Both the position numbers and the translations under genes were made by a program. This document shows, piece by piece, positions 39,273-51,600 of a DNA stretch of 64,000 nt; the stretch's first letter is position 1, and each line of letters begins with the position of its first letter. The stretch is taken from contig CDMY01000677.1 of the NCBI GenBank assembly GCA_001179505.1, positions 186,001-250,000 on the forward strand, given 5' to 3'. The DNA is from Vitrella brassicaformis CCMP3155 (taxonomy: Eukaryota; Protista; Chromerida). The notes beneath the pieces were generated by a model that ran no database searches, was not told the DNA's origin, and saw nothing but the letters and a program-made list of their open reading frames with translations.

Positions 39273-40833
39273 CTAGGCGAGCACGCAGGACTCATATGTT
39301 GGGATCATGTACTTGATGTTGATGAATGCATCCTGACTCACAGACAGACACACAGACAGACACACAGACAGACACACAGATAGACACACAGAAAGAAAGA
39401 CGCACCATCCACTCGGAATTACACCATAATAATGCTGACCTCTCCTCCGTGAATTTCGAAGAGCTCCAGGGTCTCCTCAATCAACTCGCCCAGGTTGGCC
39501 CTGAAAGACACACACAGACAGAGGGCCCCAGAGAGACAGACAGGAAAATTGTCGTGGGTAGCTTGGTGTCTCTTTCTGTCTGTGTGTGACCTCTTTCGTT
39601 GTCCGTAGTCCATTTGGTCTCCCGTGGATGTCTTTCGGTTTTTGTAGAGGTTGAATACGGGCAGAATCTGCCGGTAGTACGGCACCAACGCCTCACCCAC
39701 CATCTCACCTGTACCAAGCCGCCGTGGTTGGGTCTCGGTGTCCATAGGGCGGGCCTGTCTTGTGGTGTGCTAACCTGAAAGGACGAGAGCCTGCAGCACC
39801 TTGAGCATCGTGCACATGATATCGTGGTCGCGTGTGTTCAGCGCAGCTAAAGGCAGGCAGGCGCGCGAGAGAGGGAGAGAGGGCCCCCCACAAGCGGGGG
39901 ACAGCGAGACATATATCCGATGCCGAAGGTTGTGGGTGTGTGTCTCCCTCCCCTACTTTTGATTGGGATGATGAGTTGTGGGACGACCGGCAATATCTTG
40001 CTCCCTCCTGCCTCCAACAGATCAAACACCTTCACACGCAACCGAAACACCACACAGCGAGACACCGACCGATGGATGCACAGAGTGAGAACACATAAGT
40101 GGCCATGCCCGCAGGTCTGTCTGTGTATGTGTGTGTGTGTGTCTCTGTGCATCTCTGTGGCCAATTGCATGGCGTGGCATGACTCACGCCCTGGACGGCG
40201 AGGAATCTGTAGGGGTCTTCCTTCTCGCGAAGTCCGTCGAAAAAGATGGGGAGGTAGTGGTGGTAGTCGAGCTGCTCTGGCTTCACCTTCCACGCTATCT
40301 TGTTGCCGGTGCCGCCATGAAACACGTTGATCGGCAAATCGCCACGGTCATAAAAGCTGACGACATGACACAGGACGACGACATACCACGCACTCCCTTC
40401 CTCCCTGTGCCTGCCTGCTTCTCTGTATGTGTGTGTATGTGTACCGTCTGAACTCCGATGGAGGGATTGGCCGTTTCGAGTACGCCCCAGCCTTGGGGGG
40501 CGGCGCCAGGTCAGCCCGTTTGGCCTTCATGGTCGAGGTCGTGATGCCGCCCGTCCCAACCCCCTTCTTGAGGTAGTCTCGCCGGGGGCTCGGCGGCGCA
40601 GTTGTGGCCTTGCCAGTCACAACCAATGGGCCGGGCGTGACTGTCTGTGCCGACAGGGTGTGGGGATCCTTCTTAGGCTTGAAATCGGGCGGGAAGTCGC
40701 CGAAGGGCGAGTCGGGGTTCTTGGGGAGGCGCCCAGAGGCCTTCTCCTTGCGGTGCCAGTCGGGGTCTGTCAGCTTCTTGATCCCATCAGACAGGATGAG
40801 TGTGGCGGCGGCAGATATCGTGCGTGACTGCAT
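39273..40833 (-). CDS. PACRG: Parkin co-regulated protein (axonemal inner-junction protein)
   Basis: [80 protein letters not shown], and [19 protein letters not shown]. Confidence 0.97.
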
Positions 40834-41096
40834 GGTCAGGGGGAGGGAAGGACGGTCTACCAGATGTCCGCTGGAGCTTCTCTCTTCGCCGTCAAGGCGT
40901 CAGCAGGCCGACTTGATCCGTAGCTTGAGCGGGCCACTGGGAAAGTTCCCCTCCTCGGGAATCGCACTTCTTGTCAAGGATGGGGTCCAGGCGAGCAGTT
41001 GCCTCCACAGGGCGGGGTGGGAAGCTGCCACAACCACTGACAAAAGGTCTCCGAGCAGCTCGCAGTCTCGCCCCCCACCAGGCCCCCATCAAAGAG

Positions 41097-44000
41097 ATGT
41101 CGGAAGCACGAAAGAGGGCAACTCGGAGGCCTCGTGAGAGCCTCCACTTCTCGTTGAAGCCCTTCAAGGCTCTGCGAGGCGTGAAGCGGCACGAGAACGA
41201 CGCCCCGAAGGAGACCCCGTCCGCTGAGCCCCGGCAGCATCTGTGTCATGTGCACAGACACGGCACGAGAGACAGAAAGGAAGGCTCGGAGGAGAAGAGC
41301 AGCGGCGATGCAGCTGGGCTGCCAATCCTACCACTCAGGTTCGAGGAGGCGCTGGACCAGTTCCTCTCGGCGAGAGAGGTAGGGACACCAACACAAGACA
41401 AAGGGCAAAAGACAACCGACGTGCGGGCTGTTGTTATCGCAGGATGTGTACCTACCCAGCCGCAACTCGCCCACTTCCCGGTCATCGACCGACAACGGAT
41501 TTCGGTGCACGCTGTCGGACCTCTTCGACTTGGAGAGCCCCATCACGCAGAAGGCCCAGGGTGACAACGACGAGCCCGAGGGGCGCGTGAAGCCCATGTC
41601 CAATCTATTCGAGGATGAATCGGACATGGGAGACGACAGGGAGGGGGAGGGAAAGCCTGCCGCCGACAAAAGGAGAAGAAAACGGAGACCACAGCCGCCG
41701 CAGAGGGAATCGTGGCAGGTACACAATGTATATGGCTCACTGGACATTCATGGTGCAGGATGGTTCGGTTGGTGTGCCGTGTTTGTGCCGGACAGGAGAT
41801 TCTGTGTTACAATCCGCGGCAGTACCATGAGTTGGTCATTTGTGTGACGGGAGTGCTGGGCCGCGATATTTTCGCCGCAAAGCACCTGACGTTTGACCAG
41901 TTCCGCCAATGCTTCGAAACGGCATACGGCGAGCTGCAAGACATGAACTTCCAGGTGGACATGCATAAAATGCCGCATGACACTGTCTGTCTGTGTCGCT
42001 CCCAGATCCGGCGATGGAGAATGAGAAGCTTTCTAGTGAAGCCATACACCGCAAGTAAGCCCTACCCCAGCGATTGAGTGGTCTTTCCCATCCTACCATC
42101 ATCCCTATTCTCCTCCCTGTCTCAGTCCCCACTCCCTGCCGCCCCAAACACCGCCCAGTGCTGCCCGCGCGCCGGCTGTCGCGACGGCCGCAGCCACTGG
42201 AAGGCGACCAATCGCCTGTGGTCGACTCAGCCAGATCGGCGTCATCCTGTGCGCGAGAGAAGAGAGCAGGCCGCGGCCGACGGGTGTCGCCGTCGCTGCA
42301 GCAGAGGAGGAAGAAGCCGGCCATCCGGCTGGTGGTGTTTCTGGGCGGCAAGGACATGCTTGCTCTCGACTGGCTGGAGTTTCTGGCGATCCATTACGAG
42401 GCCAAGAGACGGAGGGGGGAGGGGAGTCCGGGTGGGAGAAAGAGGGAGAGGACGGCATTGCTTCTGGTAGATTACCCCGGGTATGGTGTTTGTGAGGGGA
42501 GCCCGAATGTCGAGACGCTCTGTGAGACGGCAATCGCGGTCAGCCACAGAGAGGCAGAGACCTAATGTGGTGTGGACCGATCACCAGAGATCGTGTCTCT
42601 CTCCATCCATTAGGCCATCCGTGAGGGCCTGTCATGGCTTCGCGGCCGGCACCCCTCCTCACCTCTGAAGCTGCATCTTCTGGGCTATTCGCTGGGCACG
42701 TCAGTCGCCCTCAAGACGGCCACAAGCATCCTCAGAGATCCCTCAACAGTCATCCCCCCAACACCGCCCGTCCCCCTTGCTTCGCTATCCTCTTTCCTGG
42801 ACTGCCCCTGCATACACGCCATCCCGAGGCCGACCATCCCGCCAATCGACCTTTTTGCGGCAGAGAGGGACGCGAGGAAGGAGGACGGGGAGGGTGAGAC
42901 ATGTTCTGCTGATGGTGCTGATGATTGTCCGGGCGGTGCACCTGCCCTGCTGTCATGCGGGGGATCGTCGAGGCTGAGCCGGCTATCCGATTCGGTGTTT
43001 CTTGACGCGCCTGAGGTGATTGACCCGTTCACCCCGTCACGCATGGCTGATGTGGAGAGCCGGGTTGACGCCATCTGCGGCAACAACTTCGACTTTCTCG
43101 AGGTGCTCTCGCTGCCAAGGTACACACAGAGAGACAGGCGCACATTCACAGACCGTTTTGTATCTGCCTGTGTCAATCAATGGGTGGTCGGTTACATCTG
43201 CAGTGAGGACGCCACTCCGCCCTGCTTGTCGATGCCGGCTTTCCCAAACTCTCCCAATACGGCCAACGGAGCTGCTGTGAAGCAGATAGAGGTAACGGCG
43301 TCCACCAGTGTGTCATCGGCGTTCTCAACGCCACTCGTGGACACGCCGGAGAGTCAGACGAGAGAGGGGCCTCGCCGAAGCTCATCTGCTGCTTCCCAAC
43401 TTCCGCCTTTGCCTGAGTGAGTGTGTGTGTGTCACTTTCTGTGTGCAGAAGATGTCTCTGTGTCTGTGTGTCCATTAGCTTTCATTTGGAAGGGCTGAGC
43501 TTGATGGCCCCGTTCACCAACACGGAGGCCATGGCGACTGAGCTGCTGAGGTCTGTGGGCCTGTGGGGCCCGCCGCAGCTCATGGCCTTCTTCCTCAAAG
43601 GCCTCGTCGCACCATCCGTCAAGTAAGTACGTGAGAGACTGAGCGCCCGACATAGAGGGACGTCACCACATCGATTGAGACACGCAAGCCATCCTACGTT
43701 GTGTTGGTCGCCAGGTGGGACAATCTGTCGGCCCTTAAGGATCTGATTGAGCTGCAGCTGGGCGGTCAACCGTCTCCCGCCTGTTGCAAGCCGCCTTCCC
43801 TCACGGTGTCGATAGTCCACGGCAGCGACGACGCCCTGACGCCCCCAGCCATGGGTGAGCAGCTGGCCAACGTGGCCCACCGATGTGTGCGTGAGGGGCG
43901 GCTCAAGCACGCCGCCCATGTGCTGGTGAGCAACGACAGCGGCAAGAGCATCCGGCAGATCCTGGGGGAACAGAAGAGGAAGATGATACCTGATGTGCAG

Positions 44001-44181
44001 ATTCACGTACGCATCGAGGGAAAGGGAAGAAGAGAGAGAGGAAGGGAGGGCAGGCCAAGCGCATACATACATCGTGTGTATTTGGTTGCAGTATTCGACG
44101 GTTGAGGGTGCTGACCACGGGTCGATTCTCGTGACTGAGCGGCACGTGCTGGAGGTCCTCAAACATGTCAGACTCGATTGA
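41097..44181 (+). CDS. Alpha/beta hydrolase (ABHD12/13/Bem46-like) with long insertions
   Basis: LLVDYPGYGVCEGSP, nucleophile elbow LLGYSLG, LMAPFT, RWDNL, IVHGSDDALTP and VEGADH give a full Ser-Asp-His triad. The start could be 40971. Confidence 0.85.
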
Positions 44182-44639
44182 CTGACTGACGAGAAGCGCT
44201 TTTCTCTCTCTCTCTTGTGTCGTTTGAGCTCTGGGCGGGACAGACAGACAGACAGACGTCAGCTTGGACGTTAGGTCTCAAGGCCGCCGAGTGGCGGTGT
44301 TGCTTTGGTGTTGTGCGGTGTGGTGTGCTGTGTTGCGGTGCAGCACATGTACAAAACGAACGATGGACTGCTATTTTTCCTTCCCCTCCGAGTCAATTTC
44401 TGGATGCGGGCGGATACATAGACCGTGTGTCAAATTGATCCACGCATGTGTCTCATGTTCGACCGGCAACTTACCTCGAGAAGTGATTTCCACTCAGGCT
44501 TGAACTGCCTCACGCACTCGTCTGTCCTTATCGCCCCTTGAGAAAGCATTCTCTCATTCAGATAACTCAGATCTTTCATTCACAAGCTCGTCACAAAGTA
44601 ACAAGCACCGGCCTGGCTTCGTCAACACAAAGATTTTCT

Positions 44640-45240
44640 GGCCCCTCGAACTGTGACGCCTCCTCGATGTCGCCATGCTTTCTTGAGAAACACTCGGGGT
44701 GATGGTGACACGGATCGATCTCCCATTAAAGCACCGATTGACAGGTTAATGGTTCAAAAGTCCCCCTTCGCGAGACGAACGGGGAGAGACACAGGACTTG
44801 CTCCCAGTCCGTAGCTCGCAGTCTCCTCCCCTCAGCTCGAAAACGGGGAGCCGAGACACACGGCTGCTTTGTCGTAACCTCATTCTTGTAGGAGCCGTCT
44901 GTCGTCAAACCCTACAGAGACACGACCTGAGCTAGAGTAGGGTTCGACGACACACGGCTCCTCCAAAAATTTGATTCTTGAGATTCCCGAAAAAAAGCCG
45001 TGTGTCTCGGCTCCTCCGTTTTCGATCTGAGGGGAGGAGACTGCGAGCTAAGGAGCAAGAGAGCCGCAAACACATGGAGCCGCTCCTAGGCACTCCCATG
45101 CCCACGGGTGCACCCTCACGACCACCGAGCTTCCCCCAGCAGCAAAGCAACTTGAAGGGGACGCCTCCAACGTCCACAGCAGACGGCACTCAAGCGTCAT
45201 CTGTCAGGACCCAACCGTCGAGGTCAGCCCCGTTGTAGAT
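44640..45240. pseudogene. Inverted duplicate of the 36520-36910 bidirectional promoter with 5' stubs of HGH1 (minus) and the MEPL.. gene (plus)
   Basis: The reverse complement of 44645-44760 matches 36781-36908 (cttttgaa..atcggtg..tgtcaccatca..gagtgtttctcaa..agcatggc..gaggaggcgtc.cagttcgagg). 45075-45238 encodes MEPLLGTPMPTGAPSRPPSFPQQQ versus MEPLPGTPTPMGAPSRPPNFPHQQQ. Confidence 0.85.
44812..45050. repeat. Imperfect ~60-bp inverted repeat (arms 44812-44870 and 44991-45050, 120-bp spacer)
   Basis: tagctcgcagtctcctcccctcagctcgaaaacggggagccgagacacacggct is the near-exact reverse complement of agccgtgtgtctcggctcctccgttttcgatctgaggggaggagactgcgagcta. Confidence 0.9.
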
Positions 45241-45629
45241 GTTGCTATGCTCAACGTTACTCTCTGCTTCGAGGATCAAAAGTCGCATGCAAGCTCAGCT
45301 CGCGATCGGCCTCAGCGAAGAGATTTCGCAGTAGACCCTCCTGAGGTGCCAGCAGTGCCGTCTGTTTGAGATGGATTCGTCGTCGGGCAGATTCTTTGCT
45401 GCGAGCAGCCGCGAGGGGCGGGCTGACTGCGTCGTCGTCGAGCAGCCGCAGCGAGATGCGGAGGCAAAAAGGGAGAAGCAAGGCACTGGGACGAAGCAGC
45501 AGGTGGGCAAACAGGAGCAAAAGACTCTCATCCCACGTGTGTTTGCTTGTGTGGCACGCATTTTGTTTGAATCTTCAGGAGAGTTCCGGAGGAGACCGTC
45601 AGATCTGCATCGACGTCAGAAAGTGCCCC

Positions 45630-48600
45630 ATGACACTCGCGGTGGAGGTGCCTGCGGTGACGCCAAAGGCCACTGCAGCATCGACCGCAGAGATGGACGA
45701 TGACACAGAGTGCCTATTTGGCCCCGACGCGGCTCGATGGGCGGCAAGCGCTCCCCCGGGGGCGTGCAGGATCACTCACAGCCTCACGCCTGCCGAGGAC
45801 ATCGACTCCTTGGAGGACGGCCTCTTCTCTGATGACACGGACACGTATATGAAGTCGGCAAAAGGTGTGACGGCCAGCGTCGGCGAGCGGCTCGGCATCG
45901 CCGCCGACCCCAAGAGCCGGCCCTTCGTGAAGCGTGTCGCCGCTCGCTTGGCCAAGGATCTGGAGCGGTTCCGTCGCATCCTGATGCGTCTGGATGAGAG
46001 CAACGAGGAGTGCCAGTTGGCCACGGCCGACATGCTCTACCGGCTCGTCGCTGAGCGCCTGCTGGCGTTCGTGGCACCGTCGGACATTATCCGTATGGTG
46101 CAGACGATCTTGACGATTTTGAGCGTGAAGGTGGCGAGCAAGGGGGTGGACGTGGAAATCCCCTGCGAGGTCAAGAGTCTGATCGCATTCCATCACATCG
46201 GGACGCTGCCGACAGACAAGCCCCTCTCCCCCGTCGACGTGGTGTCCGTCGCACGCCTGTACCTGATGCGGTGCGGGCTCCTCGTGGCACTCGAGCTTGC
46301 CCCTGCTGCGGCCATCGAGCTTCGCAACAGCTTCCTCCACACCCACAAGGCCACCATTCGCCAATTGCTCGACATCATCGTGGAGAGCGCACAGCCAGGG
46401 GTGGCTTTCGAGGCCGTGGCATTGCTGCGGGTGCTGTACAAGCCGAGCCCCCCAATTGCAGTAGCTGTGGAGCTGTGCAGCATATTTGTCGAGAGCTTGA
46501 AGGTGCCAGCGGACGAGCAGCCAGCGGGTGTGGAGGGGTTCTTCACGGTGCTCTTCAACGCTGCACAACTCTGGAGCACACGTAAGCCGGCCAGCCAGCC
46601 AACCAGCCGTCAGACAGCGATCGGTCGACTCCTCCTGACGTTGTATATTGACTGATTGACAGGTGAGGAGGAGTGGTCTGTGGTGAGGGCTGCACTGAGT
46701 GCCCACGTATACTCTCATTTCGGAGGCCTGGTCGACCTCATCGCTCATCGCCCAGCGTCGACGTACACGCGCTGGGCGGCCAGTCTCACCCTGGGCACCT
46801 TCATCCATGCGTCACTCACCCTGTGCATCACAAGAAGGAAAGGTATGTGCACATATGGATCGGAGAAGGTAGGCGGGCCGAGTGCAGGCAGGTACGTGTT
46901 TGCGCAGCTGACGGCCACGCCCTCATCGAGATTGAGCAGCATGGTGTGGACAAGGTGCTTTCTCCCGCCCCGATGCCGATGGAGCCGCTTCGGCGTCTGG
47001 TGCTGGATGCAGTGGCCAGGGAGGGCCTGGTGACCGCTGCAAGCCTCGATTAGCGGCATGAGCTGTCTGGGATGCTGATATCCAAGGCTCTACTCGTCCC
47101 GGCACTTCACATGATAGGTCGGTCAACTAAGGCGCGTCGTGGGCCTTGGGTGGGTGCGATGTATTGATGTGTGTCCTTTGGGTAATTGATCGTGCAGAGG
47201 CCGGGGAGACCGACATTCTGGTAGAGGCGGGGTTTGTGTCGACTCTGATCAGTCTGTTGGACACCTGTGAGCGCATCGGAACAAGCGTATCGCTTTGTCT
47301 GATTTGCCTCAAGTCCCTGATCACGGGCCATCGAAAGGTCAGGTCTCCACCCACCCTGTGGCTACCACATTTGACCCGGCGGCGTGTGTATAGGTGCTTG
47401 AGACCGATGGCCTAGCGGAGGCCCTGTGTGGTGCGTTGCTGAAGGAAGCCCGTGGAGAGTTCCTCCACTGCGAAGGACTAGGGTACTTTCGCGACGTTGA
47501 TCGCATGTACGCCATCGACCTACTCAAGGGACTCGTGAGGTGAGTCAGTGAGGGACGGCTGGAGGGAGGGATTTACTGCGAAGCATCTCTCTCTGTGTGT
47601 GTCTGTGCCTGTCTGTCTGCAGCTATGGCAGATCGCTGGGTGGCAAGACGGCGCACAATCCCTACACACGCCAGATACTGCAGGTACCAATGTTGCAATA
47701 TGAGCATCCACATCCACGAGCCCCATCCACCTGCCTGTATCCATCAGCTGGAGTCGGTCAAGGCCATGCGGGCCCGCAAGAACAACATCAACGTGCCACC
47801 GCAGGTCAGCCGCGCACACCGCACCAGGCACGAGACCCATGCACCCACCCCGGCTGCCATGACTGTCTGCAGGTGTCGGCCTTCTTTGACTCGCTGGCAC
47901 ACCAGGACAAGAGGGACAGCAAGGCCAAGTCGACTCAGCCGTCCTTGTCGGATGCTCAGCTGGCGGCAAAGGACAGAGAGGCGCAGCGCAGAGCAGACGA
48001 GCTCATCGAGGAGGAACGGCGCGAGAAGGCAGCCAAGACCAAGAAAAACAACAAAGCCAAGAAGGGCAAGGCCTCCGAGTCGGCAGTGGAGCCGTCCCTG
48101 CCCTCAACGGCCGCACCAAGCAGGTGGGAGGGACAGCCACACGCACCACCACAGACCAGTTGGAACACTGCGTGTCTGCTGTGTGCAGGTCGTCGTCTAC
48201 TGTAGTGGAGGAGGACGTGGAGCCGCCCACGCCGTCTTCATCCAGTGCCGACACGTGAGCAACCAACCAATCTACTTGGCGCGATGTACGCCCAACCTCC
48301 ATAGCATGTGTCTGAGCGGCCTCTTTTGTAGGTCGGTTCCGTCGGTTGCACTTGCAGCGGATGGGGGGCAGCGAGAGGGATTGATCGAGTCGACAGCGAA
48401 TGAGGAGAGCGACGACAACAACGGCGACAGTGACGACATGCTCATCAACTCGGCTTTCGGCCAGCACGCACGACAGAACAACACCGACAGCCACAAAACA
48501 CACAAGACCGGCAAACAGGGCATGAAAGACCTTCTCACACCCACCCCTGACCCGAAGCCACTGCCCCCGCCCCGCCCCTCCACCACGTCCACCGAGAAGG

Positions 48601-51600
48601 GGCAGGGCCGTCACGGCAAACCCCGCCTCTCCACGGCCACTGCGTCCCTCCCCGCGGCTGTGGATGGGCAGCAGCACAACCACACCAACACCAGCACCAA
48701 CAAGAAACAAACGGCGGCCCCCCCGCGATTCGGGCAAGGTTCGCTGGCCCCCTTCGCCAAGGTGATGGTGCCCGCAGAGGTGGACGATGACAAGGAGGGG
48801 ACAGTCAGCCACAACGCGGCTCAATGGGCGGCGGCAAACGCTCCCCCAGAAACCTACGACATCGAACTCAGCCTCAAACCCGTCAAGGACATCGACGCCT
48901 TGGAGGACGGCCTCTTCTCTAACGACATGCAGACGTACATGGCGTCGGCACAAGGTGTGACGGCCAGCGTCGGCGAGCTGCCGCTGCCGGTTCTGAGACT
49001 CAACCCCAAGAGCCCTGAGTTCGTCAAGCGCGTCGCCGCTCGCCTCGGCAGGGATCGGGAGGCCTTTCGTCGCATCCTGATGCGTCTGGTGGACGAAAGG
49101 AACAAGGAGTGCCAGGTGGCGACTGCCGACATGCTGTACCGCCTCGTCTCTGAGGGTCTGCTGTCGTTCGTGGCCCCGTCGGACATCACCCACATGGTGC
49201 AGGAGATCTGGACGGTTGTGGGGGTGGACTTGGCGAGCAAGGGGGTGTTGGTCGAGCTCCGCGGTGAGGTGAAGAGCCTTGTCGCCTTCCAGCTCATCGG
49301 GACGCTACCGACAGACAAGCCCTTCCCCCCCGTCGATGTGGTGCTCAAAGCTCGCATGTACCTGATGCGATGCGGGCTCAAGTCGGCCCGCAACAGCCTC
49401 CTGCAGACCCACAAGGCCACCATCTGCCAAGTGCTCAGCATCGTGCTGGAGAGCGGCCCGCAAGGGGTGGGTTCTGAGGCTATTCGATTGGTGCAGGCGA
49501 TATACGAGCCGAGCCCGCCCGTCACGCTGCCCGTCGCCGTGGCGGTTGAGGTGTGCAGCATGTTTGTAGAGGCCCTGCAGCTGCCAGCGGACCAGCAGCC
49601 TGCGGGTGCGAGGGACTTCTTCGCGGTCATGTTCAACGCCACAACACTCTGGATGATAGGTAAACAAAGAGGGATCGACTTCTGTCATGCAACTTGTGTC
49701 TTGATTGACAGGTGAGGAGGAGTGGTCTGTGGTGAGGGCTGCGCTGAGTTCCCACGTATACTCTCATTTCGGAGGCCTGGTCGACCTCATCGCTCATCGC
49801 CCAGCGTCGACGTACACCCGTTGGGCGGCCAGTCTCACCCTGGGCACCTTCATCCATGCGTCACTCACCCTGTGCATCAAAAGAAGGAAAGGTATGTGCA
49901 CATATGGATCGGAGAAGGTAGGCGGGCCGAGTGCAGGCAGGTACGTGTTTGCGCAGCTGACGGTCACGCGCTCATCGAGATTGAGCAGCATGGTGTGGAC
50001 AAGGTGCTTTCTCCCGCCCCGATGCCGATGGAGCCGCTTCGGCGTCTGGTGCTGGATGCAGTGGCCAGGGAGGGCCTGGTGACCGCTGCAAGCCTCGATT
50101 AGCGGCATGAGCTGTCTGGGATGCTGATATCCAAGGCTCTACTCGTCCCGGCACTTCACATGATAGGTCGGTCAACTAAGGCGCGTCGTGGGCCTTGGGT
50201 GGGTGCGATGTATTGATGTGTGTGTTCTTGTGGGTGACTGATTGTGCAGAGGCCGGGGAGACCGACATTCTGGTAGAGGCGGGGTTTGTGTCGACTCTGA
50301 TCAGTCTGTTGGACACCTGTGAGCGCATCGGAACAAGCGTATCGCTTTGTCTGATTTGCCTCAAGTCCCTGTTCACAAAACATCGCAAGGTCCGTCCGGA
50401 AGCCACCCTTCATCCAGCACATCGACCTTGTGGCGTGTGTGTATAGGTGCTTGAGACCGATGGCCTGACGGAGGCCCTGTGTGGTTTGCTGCTGAAGGAC
50501 GCCCGGGGAGAGCTCATATACGGCGATGGGCGAGAGTGCTTTCGCGACGTTGATCGCATGTGCGCCATCGACCTACTCAAGGCACTCGTCAGGTGAGTCA
50601 GTGAGGGAAGGCTGGAGGGAGGGATTTACTGCGAAGCATCTCTCTCTGTGTGTGTCTGTTCTGTCTGTCTGCAGCTATGGCAGGTCGCTGGGTGGCAAGA
50701 CGGCGCACAATCCCTACACACGTCAGATACTGCAGGTACCATGGTTGCAATATGAGCATCCACATCCACGAGCCCCATCCACCTGCCTGTATCCATCAGC
50801 TGGAGTCGGTCAAGGCCATGCGGGCCCGCAAGAACAACATCAACGTGCCACCGCAGGTCAGCCGCGCACACCGCACCAGGCACGAGACCCATGCACCCGA
50901 CCCGGCTGCCATGACTGTCTGCAGGTGTCGGCCTTCTTCGACTCGCTGGCACAGCAGGACAAGAGGGGCAGCAAGGCCAAGTCGACTCAGCCGTACTTGT
51001 CGGATGCTCAGCTGGCGGCCAGGGACAGAGAGGCGCAGCGCAGAGCGGACGAGCTCATCGAGGAGGAACGGCGCGAGAAGGCAGCCAAGACCAAGAAAAA
51101 CAACAAAGCCAAGAAGGGCAAGGCCCCCGAGTCGGCGACGGAGCCGTCAGTGCCCTCACCAACGGCCGCACCGACCAGGTGTGAAGGAAAGCCACCCACT
51201 CCACCACCACAGACCAGACGCAACGTCTTTTCATCCGTGTGTCTGCTGTGCGCAGGTCGTCGTCTACGGTAGTGGAGGAGGACGTGGAGCCGCCTGCTCC
51301 CTCCTCATCCAGTGCCGACACGTGAGCAACCAACCAATCCACTCGACGCGATGTACGCCCAACATCCATAGCATGTGTCTGAGCGGCCTCTTTTGTAGGT
51401 CGGTTCCGTCGGTTGCACCTGCAGCGGACGGGGGGCAGCGAGAGGGATTGATCGAGCCGACGGCGAATGAGGAGAGCGACGACAACAACGGCGACAGTGA
51501 CGACATGCTCATCAACTCGGCGTTCGGCCAGCATGCACGACAGAAGACCACCGACAGCCACAAAACCAAGACCGGCAAACAGGGCATGAAAGACCTTCTC

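Noticed and set aside
39338-39392. Regular CACAGACAGACA repeats resembling an array
   Set aside because: This is a simple intronic microsatellite in PACRG with no spacers; it is not CRISPR.
45366-45629. N-terminal extension of the RING gene from ORF 45366 or 45371
   Set aside because: The candidate upstream exon does not splice in frame with the main exon, so the start was placed conservatively at 45630.
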